35,898 nucleotides of DNA, from positions 1 through 35,898 of the IMG/VR virus record IMGVR_UViG_3300032257_000064; one strand, given 5' to 3'. Both the position numbers and the translations under genes were made by a program. A model generated the notes under the pieces. That model saw only the letters and a list, made by a program, of their open reading frames with translations. It was not told the DNA's origin and searched no databases. The DNA comes from a virus. Its lineage: Duplodnaviria > Caudoviricetes. Shown in pieces: positions 1-8,114 of the stretch (within the stretch, counting starts at the first letter, position 1; every line of letters begins with the position of its first letter).

Positions 1-127
1 CAACAACGCATCAACAACCAGCACATGAGCCTGTGTTAGCACCAGGCTTTCAACAGACTGTGAACTGAGTGTTTCATCAATACTTAAAATATTGGATTGT
101 GTTAAATCTAAATTATCAACCGCTTGT
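1..127. repeat. Terminal direct repeat (circular assembly overlap), left copy
   Basis: 1-127 is identical to 35772-35898. 127 is a common assembler k-mer length, and an ORF reads in frame across the join. Confidence 0.95.
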
Positions 128-228
128 AATGACAAGCTGTTTTGTATTGACAACACAACAGAACCACTGGCCACATAAGATGATTCGCCAAGTGCTAATT
201 CACCTAGCGCGCTTTCGCCTATGCTCAT
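1..228 (-). CDS. 5' part of 22-aa-repeat fibre-like virion protein (continues across the join to 35241; 252 aa in total)
   Basis: ATG at 228 reads MSIGESALGELALGESSYVASGSVVLSIQNSLSLQAVDNLDLTQSN..., in frame with the 35241..35813 ORF through the terminal overlap. Confidence 0.8.
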   Translation of the reverse strand, partial: MSIGESALGELALGESSYVASGSVVLSIQNSLSLQAVDNLDLTQSNILSIDETLSSQSVESLVLTQAHVLVVDALL

Positions 229-231
229 TGT

Positions 232-696
232 TTACCAGCCAGCGGTTATGTCGTAATTAAATACATCACTAAACGTTGAAAAAGTATTTATAGTTATTTC
301 ATGAACATCTGACTGATCACGGATGGCAATCGTTTGTTGCATGGCCGCAAACATGACCGCAATTTCATTTTTTTCAATATCCGTCAATACCCGTTGCAGC
401 TCAATGGGATGATTGCCCGATGCTATGGCATTCAGTTCATTCATTCTGCCGTTATAGTTTGACTGCTTCCAATCCGGCAAAATTGAAAATATTTTTTCTT
501 GCGCCAATTTTTTAACGGCAAGTATTTTTTCTGCCTGTACAAAAGCCACCGCATTAAAGTTGTCAACAATGGTTTGTGCGGCCACGTCATCAGATGAAAA
601 CGGCACATTGTCACGCCATTCAAATTCAATACCTGCTTTTTCAATTTCATTAACCAGAACAGATATTTCATTTGGGTTAGCAGGAAAAGTAATCAT
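232..696 (-). CDS. Tail-fibre assembly chaperone-like protein (DUF4376-like)
   Basis: Follows a fibre-like gene with ATGA overlap. Helical C-terminus ending in a DITAGW motif typical of fibre-associated chaperones. Confidence 0.5.
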   Translation of the reverse strand: MITFPANPNEISVLVNEIEKAGIEFEWRDNVPFSSDDVAAQTIVDNFNAVAFVQAEKILAVKKLAQEKIFSILPDWKQSNYNGRMNELNAIASGNHPIELQRVLTDIEKNEIAVMFAAMQQTIAIRDQSDVHEITINTFSTFSDVFNYDITAGW

Positions 697-1529
697 AATT
701 CAATCCCTACATGCGGAGCGCCATAAGATGCGGTCACGCCACCTGGTGTTGCTGTAGCGGGTAAAGAGAAAGTGGCAGAATTTTCTGTATAACAACGATA
801 AGGATTGTTTGAACCATCAACCCCCAAAGGGCAAAGCACTTGCTGCGCGGCTTCTCTGATTGTCGGGTTAGAATCTGAAATATAAGCAATGAACCCCCAG
901 CCAGGTCTAACCGGTGTGACTGGGCACGTTTCCAGTTTGGTGCCTTGTGTCGATGCATCAATGTCAATGATGGTTTCAGTGACCTTGTTACCAACTGTAA
1001 AATCAGCTTTGGCTTCAAACCACCCGATTTTGATCCCTGCCGCCGCTGCCTCAGTGACCACGCGCAAAAACAACCCGTCAAAACTATCTGGATGACCTGT
1101 ATACAGAAACGGCGAATAATAAATTCGCAATGGAACCATTGCCAAGTTGGTTGAATCTTCACTGACATGCGCTGAAAAAACCCGTCTGGTTCCATAGGCC
1201 GATTGAATGCGGTGCGCAATCGGGGCATTGGTGTGTGACAAAGCCGTGATAATGACGTTTTTTGTGTTGGTGTTATTAAAATCAATCAACGCCGTTGTGT
1301 TGCTTGAATTACCCGTGACCAGCTCGCGAACCAATGTGCCGATTGCGGATAAATATCCAATTCCTTCTTCTTGTAATCCCGCAGCATCATCTTCAATCAC
1401 ATAAGACACGCGATGATTCAAGGGGTGTTTTTCACTGATACGATGACGTTTATTAACCGCTGTCAATCCAGTACAATCAAGCAGGCCAATATTGGCTGTT
1501 GTGGTTTCACGTGTAAAATCAGATAGCAT
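693..1529 (-). CDS. Virion fibre/appendage structural protein
   Basis: N-terminal ETTT...YVIED...EEGIG...LVR...SS...F...K.V pattern resembles phage fibre attachment domains. The C-terminal part is beta-rich. Lies in the late operon. Confidence 0.5.
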   Translation of the reverse strand: MLSDFTRETTTANIGLLDCTGLTAVNKRHRISEKHPLNHRVSYVIEDDAAGLQEEGIGYLSAIGTLVRELVTGNSSNTTALIDFNNTNTKNVIITALSHTNAPIAHRIQSAYGTRRVFSAHVSEDSTNLAMVPLRIYYSPFLYTGHPDSFDGLFLRVVTEAAAAGIKIGWFEAKADFTVGNKVTETIIDIDASTQGTKLETCPVTPVRPGWGFIAYISDSNPTIREAAQQVLCPLGVDGSNNPYRCYTENSATFSLPATATPGGVTASYGAPHVGIEL

Positions 1530-1531
1530 AA

Positions 1532-1783
1532 CTAATTAGCACCATTATCTTTATGTTTCAATAATTGTTCTTTGAACCATTTATCCTGACGCGCCATTGT
1601 TTTTTTATGCTCTAAATCAAATATCCTGATAGTGCGTTTGTGAAGATAATTCACCATAAAACCACCCACGCCCAATATGAAACCACCAATTACTGTTAAT
1701 AGCGTCCATTCATTAGCGGACAGTCCACCGATGACAACCATGCCGCTGCCGACGTATTGTGAACCCGTTGCCAAATCTGCCAT
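1532..1783 (-). CDS. Holin (HP1/S21-like small membrane protein)
   Basis: 83 aa with hydrophobic GLSANEWTLLTVIGGFILGVGGFMVNYLHK and a basic C-tail. First substantial gene after the Q-dependent promoter. Confidence 0.65.
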   Translation of the reverse strand: MADLATGSQYVGSGMVVIGGLSANEWTLLTVIGGFILGVGGFMVNYLHKRTIRIFDLEHKKTMARQDKWFKEQLLKHKDNGAN

Positions 1784-1824
1784 TTTTTATCCGAGCTAAT
1801 AAATTAAAAATATTATTTATTTAA

Positions 1825-1959
1825 TTAATGATCTTTTAAACTTTCCGTAACGCCAAACATTGAAACCATTGCATTGGCTTCAATCTCGGTTTCATTGTCA
1901 TCTTCAGATACTAAATCACAATCAAATAAATGAAATAAAAAATCTAATATTGCGCGCAT
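1825..1959 (-). CDS. Small 44-aa acidic ORF in late leader
   Basis: MRAILDFLFHLFDCDLVSEDDNETEIEANAMVSMFGVTESLKDH with AAGGA upstream. Below the ORF-track cutoff. Confidence 0.4.
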   Translation of the reverse strand: MRAILDFLFHLFDCDLVSEDDNETEIEANAMVSMFGVTESLKDH

Positions 1960-1983
1960 GATTTATATCCTTTCATTAGATGT

Positions 1984-2016
1984 AAAAAAGCCCCTCTGAA
2001 ATAAGTCAAAGGGGCT
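1984..2016 (-). terminator. Intrinsic terminator 2 of late leader
   Basis: AGCCCCT...AGGGGCT stem followed by a T6 run on the minus strand. Confidence 0.75.
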
Positions 2017-2075
2017 AACTACAATGTATGAAGGTAGCTTGTTAAAAGAAACCATCCCTGGAATCACTCGCGCAT

Positions 2076-2108
2076 AAAAAAAGCCCTGCTGGGGAACAGG
2101 GCTTTTTG
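2076..2108 (-). terminator. Intrinsic terminator tR'-like (potentially bidirectional)
   Basis: AAAAAAAGCCCTG-CTGGGGAA-CAGGGCTTTTTT hairpin just downstream of the late promoter. Confidence 0.8.
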
Positions 2109-2135
2109 AATTGGCAATAATAACAAGCTAACGTA

Positions 2136-2164
2136 TTTATAAACAATATCGGCTAGCCGGTCAA
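2136..2164 (-). promoter_or_regulatory. Late promoter pR'-like
   Basis: Minus strand TTGACC-17 bp-TATAAA, directly after the Q gene and before the terminators, as in the lambdoid layout. Confidence 0.65.
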
Positions 2165-2204
2165 CAGTAAAAAACAAAATAATTTAAAAAGTTTAAAACG
2201 TTAT

Positions 2205-2576
2205 TCACGCCACCTGTTCTGCCAGTAAAGCCAGCTGACCATCAACCCATGATTCAGCGCAATTAATAAAGTTTTTGCAGGTGGCCAGACTGACTTTCAG
2301 TTTGCTGGCCGCCGTTACTTTTGAATCCTTTTTTTGATACACCAGAATCAAAGCCTGTGACCATTTACCATTGCAGTTGGCCTGCATTCGTAACATGATT
2401 TTTTCAATCTCCCAGGCTTCAGGGTCATCTTGATACAATGGCGCGCTTGATCCGGTGTTTGCATTCATCATGGCTGACTGTGACGGATAGCCAAGACTTC
2501 TGTCTTGTGTCTTATCGAAATAATCACCCCAGTGAATTAAACGTTCCCTGGTAATCTCTATACTTTCACGCTGCAT
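2205..2576 (-). CDS. Late-gene antiterminator Q
   Basis: RLIHWG...LGYPSQS motif, C-terminal HTH and AESWVDGQL ending. Sits at the end of the early operon. ATG at 2576 preferred. Confidence 0.8.
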   Translation of the reverse strand: MQRESIEITRERLIHWGDYFDKTQDRSLGYPSQSAMMNANTGSSAPLYQDDPEAWEIEKIMLRMQANCNGKWSQALILVYQKKDSKVTAASKLKVSLATCKNFINCAESWVDGQLALLAEQVA

Positions 2577-2814
2577 TTTTACGCCCCTTTTCAAAATGTA
2601 CTTCACAAAATTGTTTTGCTTTATTCACCCGATCAAGATCAGAACCGGTTGAAAACGTTCTGATGATTTCATGTGGAAATTTAAAACACTGTTCATTTTC
2701 TTTAACCGGTGGCCAGACCACATAAACAAACGGTGACTGGTTATTCATCACTTCAATCAAATAACCTTCTGATGACCGGCTTCTGACATTACTGATCCGC
2801 TTCCATTTCATCAT
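2566..2814 (-). CDS. Hypothetical early protein
   Basis: 82-aa ORF overlapping the Q start, in operon orientation. Confidence 0.6.
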   Translation of the reverse strand: MMKWKRISNVRSRSSEGYLIEVMNNQSPFVYVVWPPVKENEQCFKFPHEIIRTFSTGSDLDRVNKAKQFCEVHFEKGRKNAA

Positions 2815-2824
2815 GCCGACCTAG

Positions 2825-3037
2825 ACAACCCAGCTTTTCAGGTTGGCAACACTTAAGCTGGTGATTTTATTTGTGTTTTCTAACCTAACTAACATAGATA
2901 ACCTATATTGAAATGGACATGTGCGCGCGCATATACGCGCAGACCCGTTGGCAAGGTCGGCAAGGTTGGTTTCACCCATAACCCGCAAGCCTTTCAAGCT
3001 GGACAACCTATCAAAACAGGTTGGCAAGGTTGGCAAA
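2825..3037. repeat. Probable replication origin: iteron-like AGGTT(G/A)(G/T)CA repeats in both orientations
   Basis: GGTTGGCAA-type copies near 2841, 2946-2969 and 3018-3037, and inverse AACC(T/C)A copies near 2826, 2881-2905 and 3004. They surround GTGCGCGCGCATATACGCGC and lie just downstream of the helicase gene. Confidence 0.6.
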
Positions 3038-3049
3038 TAACCCGTGAAT

Positions 3050-4489
3050 TTATTCATCATCTGGCATCGGTGGTTGTTTATCTTCTGATTTTTTTACAAA
3101 CTCCCAGCCATCTGGCCGAACATAAACGTGTTTTTGTTCACTCTTGCCTGAATCCGTTGTGATGGTTTTTCTTTTTTTGTGCCAGCCTAATGACTTCATC
3201 AGTGGTGCCACGCGGTTCTGATCCGCACGGTTTTGTGTGCCGGTATCCTTTCTGCACGCACTGATCAAGACATCATCACCGGTGACATAATCCCGATTAA
3301 GTGTCTTTAAAAAATCATCAATCGGGTATAACCACGGATCAACCTGAAGCCGGTCATCTTGTTCTTTGGTGAACACAAGCTGTTCATCTTCATCAGGCCA
3401 CCAGCGAATGTTTTGATCAAACTGATGCAAAGCTTCAGCCCATAACTGATCACGGTTGTCACGCGTCCACTGAAGATCAACATGACGACAATACACCGGC
3501 CAATAGCGCCGGTTTCCTGAATAGTCTTTTAAGTATTCATCCTGATTCGTGGTGCCAATAAAAACACACTGACGCTTAAAATCTTTTGGACTGTGACCAT
3601 AAGGAGGCCGGAACCGGTCACGCTTTTGAGAGAAAAACATTTTGGCCGTGTTGCTTTCTGCTTTATTAAAACTATCCAGTTCAGCCAGTTCAGACCCCCA
3701 GACCCCCTGAATATTTTGATAGGCATCTTTGTCACCTAATGGCAATGGCGCATCTGAATACCAGTCACCATACAAAATACTGACCACCTGTGATTTTCCT
3801 TTGCCCTGCTCACCTTCCAAAATCAGCACGTTGTCCATTTTGCACCCAGGCACCATGATGCGCGCCACTGACCCGATCAAAAACATGCTGCCCGCCATTT
3901 CTAAATAACGTCTGGCATCATCTGTGTCAGTGTCTGCCCCCATCGCCTTTTGTAAAAAAGATTTTAAACGCGGCTGACCATCCCAGGTCAGTTCTGCTAA
4001 ATATTCCCTGACCGGATGAAAGCGCGCTTTTTGTGCCACCACAACCAGTGCTTCCAGCACATGGTTTTTTGTAATGGTTAACCGGTAATTATGCGCAAAC
4101 CAGATGATGGTTCTGGCGGTGTCGTCATCATCCCATTCACCGGTTTGCATGTCCGGCATCGGGGCATGGTGTTTGACCACTCGATATGAAAAATCACAAT
4201 AGCCCAGCGCACCCTTCCAGCGTGGATCATTTCTTAAAATAATTTCAACGTTACCAGAACAAGGTTTTGTTCCACCGTCCTTAGTGCGCAACAATTCACC
4301 CATCCAGTTATCATCAGCTGGCGCAGCCTGTTCAGGGGGGTATTGTCCATATTGGCTTTCTACCCCATCAGCAGCTGTGCGCTGTGCGCGGTTTTGTGCT
4401 AAATCTAACGATTGAAAAATCTGTTGCTGCACCGCGTCAATGCCCTGCGTTCTGTGCAGATCATTGAAGTCTGTAAACTCATTACTCAT
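3050..4489 (-). CDS. VapE-family (SF3-like) replicative helicase/ATPase
   Basis: FHPVREYL, WDGQPRL, Walker A GEQGKGKS, FIGTTN and GNRRYWPV. N-terminal DFNDL remnant of a Toprim C-terminus. Confidence 0.92.
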   Translation of the reverse strand: MSNEFTDFNDLHRTQGIDAVQQQIFQSLDLAQNRAQRTAADGVESQYGQYPPEQAAPADDNWMGELLRTKDGGTKPCSGNVEIILRNDPRWKGALGYCDFSYRVVKHHAPMPDMQTGEWDDDDTARTIIWFAHNYRLTITKNHVLEALVVVAQKARFHPVREYLAELTWDGQPRLKSFLQKAMGADTDTDDARRYLEMAGSMFLIGSVARIMVPGCKMDNVLILEGEQGKGKSQVVSILYGDWYSDAPLPLGDKDAYQNIQGVWGSELAELDSFNKAESNTAKMFFSQKRDRFRPPYGHSPKDFKRQCVFIGTTNQDEYLKDYSGNRRYWPVYCRHVDLQWTRDNRDQLWAEALHQFDQNIRWWPDEDEQLVFTKEQDDRLQVDPWLYPIDDFLKTLNRDYVTGDDVLISACRKDTGTQNRADQNRVAPLMKSLGWHKKRKTITTDSGKSEQKHVYVRPDGWEFVKKSEDKQPPMPDDE

Positions 4490-5526
4490 GAAACCCCCAG
4501 CGGTTCAAAGTTCGGAAATATGGCCACGCCGCCCACGGCCTTGGCCGCCGCTTCTGCTTTTTTTCTGCCTGGGTTTTTTTCATTATTGACATCATCATCA
4601 CCACACACCGCAAACGCGCAGTCAGGGTGCTTTGATTTAAGTGCTTTAATCACTGGTAACAAATTGCCAGAATCAAACGCCACCGCGACGGGCAACTGCG
4701 TGGCCTGATGCAATGAAGCCCCCGTTGCATACCCTTCAACTTCCAGCGCGGTCTTTGGGTCAGACCAGTCACCCAGCAAGTGAAAGCAGCCTTTTTTACG
4801 GCCATTTTTTAAAAACGTTTTACCACCGCCCGACTGAATAAATTGCAAATTAAACAACACGCCGTTTTCATTTTGTAACGGCACCACAACGCTGCCTTTT
4901 TTGAAATACAAAAAGGACACTTCATTTCTGCGGTCACTATTAAAAAATTCATTGACAGGCTGCGCGCCCTGAAGGATTTCATGACGGTCTTCATGGGTGA
5001 TAACAATTAATGCACAGGGTAAAAATTTGATATTAAACGGTTTGATTTTTTTCTTATCTAAATATTCACTAGCCCCGCCCAGTTCTAATATGTCATTCCA
5101 GATTAACAGCGATACTTTTGACACCAGTTTTTGTTGTTGAATGACTTTCTTTTGTTCAATTTTATATTCTTTTTCGCGTTTCTTTTGCTGCGCTTTGATC
5201 TGTTGTTCACGCTGTTTTTTTTCTTCATCCGTTAATTGATCCGCTTCCATTTTAAATCCGTATTCTTTCGCCTTATAAATAAGGCTTCCAATGGTGGCGG
5301 TTTTCGATGACCCAAACGGCTTGATACTTTTCCAGACTGACAGCGCAGATTTTGCTTTGTAGTTGCTGGCGTTTTGTGACCACCGATCCCAGGCACCAAA
5401 ACCAGCTTCACCAAATTCTGATTTAATCGCCCCGCCCATACTGACCCACACTTCACGATCTGTGGAATCAATAAAAGACAAAGCATCTTCAGCCTGATCC
5501 AGTGACATAGTGAAATATTCTTTCAT
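4486..5526 (-). CDS. DNA primase (PriCT-2 + Toprim domains)
   Basis: DREVWVSMGGAIKSE...WDRWSQ...W.S PriCT-2 pattern. Toprim motifs EGYATGASL, AFDSGNL and GDDD. Confidence 0.9.
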   Translation of the reverse strand: MKEYFTMSLDQAEDALSFIDSTDREVWVSMGGAIKSEFGEAGFGAWDRWSQNASNYKAKSALSVWKSIKPFGSSKTATIGSLIYKAKEYGFKMEADQLTDEEKKQREQQIKAQQKKREKEYKIEQKKVIQQQKLVSKVSLLIWNDILELGGASEYLDKKKIKPFNIKFLPCALIVITHEDRHEILQGAQPVNEFFNSDRRNEVSFLYFKKGSVVVPLQNENGVLFNLQFIQSGGGKTFLKNGRKKGCFHLLGDWSDPKTALEVEGYATGASLHQATQLPVAVAFDSGNLLPVIKALKSKHPDCAFAVCGDDDVNNEKNPGRKKAEAAAKAVGGVAIFPNFEPLGVS

Positions 5527-5690
5527 GCTATACCCTTAAACAATAAAATAAATAAAACAGTGATCAGCAGATAATAACGACAATGAAAACACGCTATTAA
5601 TAAAAGACCCAGCAAACCAATCACCACATCACTGACATCAATAGCACCGTCAACAATGTCTTCAATAATGTCATCAAACGTTTTTTTCAT
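5523..5690 (-). CDS. Small 55-aa membrane protein
   Basis: MKKTFDDIIEDIVDGAIDVSDVVIGLLGLLLIACFHCRYYLLITVLFILLFKGIA. Its stop overlaps the primase ATG (ATGA) and it fills the operon gap. Confidence 0.6.
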   Translation of the reverse strand: MKKTFDDIIEDIVDGAIDVSDVVIGLLGLLLIACFHCRYYLLITVLFILLFKGIA

Positions 5691-5699
5691 ATCACGCCC

Positions 5700-5909
5700 T
5701 TAGTCTTCAAGCTGCCATTCATGACAATATTTTTCATTAGGCAATGGGCGGCGATTTAAAAAACGACACGGCCAGTGACCAAACACACTGGCTTCACCTT
5801 TTGAAGCGCACACCGCACAGCCCTGATCATGTTTTAATTGAATACGTTCTTCACGTAACAAATTAAATTCAGGGTTAGTGCCAATATATTTAGATTGAAC
5901 AACCGTCAT
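5700..5909 (-). CDS. Small Cys-rich putative Zn-binding protein
   Basis: CAVC...C...C pattern. Start uncertain (ATG 5909 or upstream). Confidence 0.55.
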   Translation of the reverse strand: MTVVQSKYIGTNPEFNLLREERIQLKHDQGCAVCASKGEASVFGHWPCRFLNRRPLPNEKYCHEWQLED

Positions 5910-5925
5910 GATGATCACCGTTTGT

Positions 5926-6135
5926 TTAAGCTGCTTTTTTTTCTGGCCACTTGTTAAACAGCCAGTATTCATTTTGAATAACAATCAATTTATTTTTTGT
6001 CATTACATGCAAAATACTTTCCAGCCCATCCGCATGAATTGAAAAGCTTTCATTAATCGCCTTTAACAACTCTTTAAACTTCATCGGTTTATTTGATAAA
6101 ATAGTTAATATGGCTTTTTGTTTTTCATTCATCAC
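5926..6135 (-). CDS. Small winged-helix-like DNA-binding protein
   Basis: MNEKQKAILTILSNKPMKFKELL...LHVMTKNKLI...YWL resembles a wHTH. Confidence 0.55.
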   Translation of the reverse strand: MMNEKQKAILTILSNKPMKFKELLKAINESFSIHADGLESILHVMTKNKLIVIQNEYWLFNKWPEKKAA

Positions 6136-6359
6136 GACACCAGAGAAAATTTCTTTTCAATAAAAAAACGATCCATATTTTTATTGAACACGCCCACCAA
6201 ATCCGGTTCATTTTTTTCAATCCGTTTTGTTGTCATGTAAGTGCTGGCAAATAACACATCATAACGATCAGATTTTTTAAACACGGCAACCGGTGAATCA
6301 GGTTCAGCCGCTTCAATTCTTTTTATTGCACCCGCTTTATTGCATAAACTCATGATCAA
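6132..6359 (-). CDS. Hypothetical early protein
   Basis: 75 aa, AAGGGG RBS, coupled to the next gene. Confidence 0.6.
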   Translation of the reverse strand: MIMSLCNKAGAIKRIEAAEPDSPVAVFKKSDRYDVLFASTYMTTKRIEKNEPDLVGVFNKNMDRFFIEKKFSLVS

Positions 6360-6379
6360 TCCCCTTTTTAATAAAACAA

Positions 6380-6943
6380 TTAGTCCGGTAAAACTTCCGT
6401 GATGGCTTGCTGCCAGCTGACCAGTTCAGCCAGTGACTTGTTAATTTCTTTTAATGCTTTTTTAGCGTGTGGCAAATCGTTGTCATCAATCACGCCGTCA
6501 GCGATCACCGGTGCCAGCGCTTCAATGGTGCCGCCGGTGGTTTTGAGTAATAACGCCAGTGAAAACACATTGTGTTCTGGGTCATTGTGTGGAATGGGTG
6601 CAGCCAGTAAATCATAACGCGCGGCCAGCTCTGCTTTTAAATTGCGCTGTCTTTCTTCAGGCAGTGCCAGCACAATGGGTTCTTCCAAATCAACCGGCAG
6701 TCTGGAAGTGGCGGCAGGTTTCATCATACGAAACAATAACTGTGCGTTGGCTTTCATGTCTTCAAACGCATCACCGTCTTCATGAAAACGAACCACGCGG
6801 GCTTTTTCATTTGTCACCCTGCCGTGATAAATATCTTTGACGTTATTTGCAAACGTCGCCTCACTGACTTTTTCAGCCATCATGAATTGTGTCACGTGCC
6901 GGATGATGGTTTCACTGCGCGGTTCATGAATATCAATATTCAT
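6380..6943 (-). CDS. CII-like / YdaT-like regulatory protein
   Basis: Downstream of cro. NAQLLFRM...LALP motif and C-terminal ADGVIDDND typical of CII-type proteins. ATG at 6943 with GGGG RBS. Confidence 0.65.
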   Translation of the reverse strand: MNIDIHEPRSETIIRHVTQFMMAEKVSEATFANNVKDIYHGRVTNEKARVVRFHEDGDAFEDMKANAQLLFRMMKPAATSRLPVDLEEPIVLALPEERQRNLKAELAARYDLLAAPIPHNDPEHNVFSLALLLKTTGGTIEALAPVIADGVIDDNDLPHAKKALKEINKSLAELVSWQQAITEVLPD

Positions 6944-7000
6944 TTTCTTTTTCCCCTGTTTATTTACACTTGAATTAACTTCAAAAAACAAAGATAAAAC

Positions 7001-7288
7001 ATGTATAAAAAATTCATTATCATTATTCACTTCAGTTTTAATGATTCATCCCAAATCATTGAACGTGGTGAAACCCTAAAAACCTGTTTAAAAAAACTGG
7101 GTAATTTTTACCCCGCTTTTGCGTCCGATCATTGTTTAAGTGTTTGTCTGAAAACAGATGATCATGCTGACGCTATTCTTAAACAGTTAAATCAAACCAC
7201 CCTGACCACATCGGACAAGGTGCAAATATTTGAACTGGCCAACAACAATGCCTTCCAGGGCTTCAGCCAGCTGGCGGTGTGGTTATGA
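7001..7288 (+). CDS. Antisense-oriented small protein, ferredoxin/Cas2-like pattern
   Basis: 95 aa with beta-alpha-beta pattern ...LKKLG...D.VQIFEL...G...WL. Converges with cro (stops 1 bp apart). Confidence 0.5.
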   Translation: MYKKFIIIIHFSFNDSSQIIERGETLKTCLKKLGNFYPAFASDHCLSVCLKTDDHADAILKQLNQTTLTTSDKVQIFELANNNAFQGFSQLAVWL

Positions 7289-7289
7289 T

Positions 7290-7559
7290 TCACGCCGCTT
7301 TACTTTTTGCCACACATCGCGGGCACGCACAGTTTTCACGCGGGTATAAATCCAGCCGTAATGCATGGCGCGACACGGTAAAGTCACAGACCTTTTCAAC
7401 CGGCAGCACATATTCAGCTGGTAAACGTCTTTTAAGCCAGTTTTTAACCACCATTGGCGACACGCCCAGCGCATCAGAAAAACGCTTTAAAGCGCCCCGT
7501 TTACTGGTCTTTTCACCAAAAAAATCAATGGCCTGTTGTAATGCGTTAGATTCATTCAT
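7290..7559 (-). CDS. cro: Cro/YdaS-like transcriptional regulator
   Basis: ALQQAIDFFG...FSDALGVSPMVVKNW...LPAEYVLPVE...VSRHALRLDLY is a YdaS/Cro signature. Divergent from the repressor. Confidence 0.85.
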   Translation of the reverse strand: MNESNALQQAIDFFGEKTSKRGALKRFSDALGVSPMVVKNWLKRRLPAEYVLPVEKVCDFTVSRHALRLDLYPRENCACPRCVAKSKAA

Positions 7560-7564
7560 AAACA

Positions 7565-7594
7565 ATTATAAACATAATGTTTATGGATTGTCCA
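7565..7594 (-). promoter_or_regulatory. pR-like promoter overlapped by an operator
   Basis: TGGACA-18 bp-TATAAT on the minus strand. The operator at 7568-7584 covers the spacer and -10. Confidence 0.65.
7568..7584. promoter_or_regulatory. Repressor operator (17-bp palindrome)
   Basis: ATAAACATAATGTTTAT, with near-identical copies at 7638 and 9767. Confidence 0.75.
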
Positions 7595-7637
7595 CACAAT
7601 TGCTACATTTTGTATATTGCTAACCGAAAAAAGGTAT

Positions 7638-7654
7638 ATAAACTTAATGTTTAT
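7638..7654. promoter_or_regulatory. Repressor operator over cI promoter/start
   Basis: ATAAACTTAATGTTTAT overlaps the TTGCTA-16 bp-TAAACT promoter candidate (7617-7644) and the cI start. Confidence 0.7.
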
Positions 7655-8114
7655 GATTGATGCACTAATAAAAGAGATTGAAGCCGAACTTGACCGCCTG
7701 GGCATGACCAAGCGTGATTTCTGTGATCAGGTCAACGAAGAACCCCAGACCTATAACAACTGGCGGGCACGCGGTGTGCCCAGTGCTAAACGCGCAAAAA
7801 TTGCCCGTCTGATGAACTGGGATTTTCAAGCCTTCAGTGAAGGCATCATTAAACCGGTCAGTCCCCAGGCCAACACAACCCCTGACGTGATCAATCTGGA
7901 TGGTGAGGAAAACGCGGTGTCAGTGATCGTTGAAATTCTGATTGAAACCCAGAATGAACTGATTGATGAAGGTATTTTGACAGCGCCTTTTGATCCCAAA
8001 TTGCTGGGCAAAATGGCAAAACAGGCTTATATCAACGCCGCCAAAAATAACCAGATCAACCCGCAAACCATCAAGGATGGCATTCGTTTTGCGGCGGCCA
8101 TGCAAGCCACCTGA
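7653..8114 (+). CDS. CI-like Xre-HTH repressor lacking an S24 peptidase domain
   Basis: N-terminal HTH (LGMTKRDFCDQVNEEPQTYNNWRARGVP...KIARLM), divergent from cro. The short helical C-terminus has no S24 Ser/Lys motifs. Start at 7647 or 7653. Confidence 0.75.
   Translation: MIDALIKEIEAELDRLGMTKRDFCDQVNEEPQTYNNWRARGVPSAKRAKIARLMNWDFQAFSEGIIKPVSPQANTTPDVINLDGEENAVSVIVEILIETQNELIDEGILTAPFDPKLLGKMAKQAYINAAKNNQINPQTIKDGIRFAAAMQAT

Noticed and set aside
1-127. 127-bp terminal repeat as a biological DTR or attL/attR
   Set aside because: The length matches an assembler k-mer, it lies inside a continuous ORF, the terminase is cos-type, and att is elsewhere.
2821-3162. ORFs 2821..3060(-) and 2908..3162(+)
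   Set aside because: Their translations mirror the iteron repeats (LPTLPT, GWQGWQ). More likely non-coding origin DNA.
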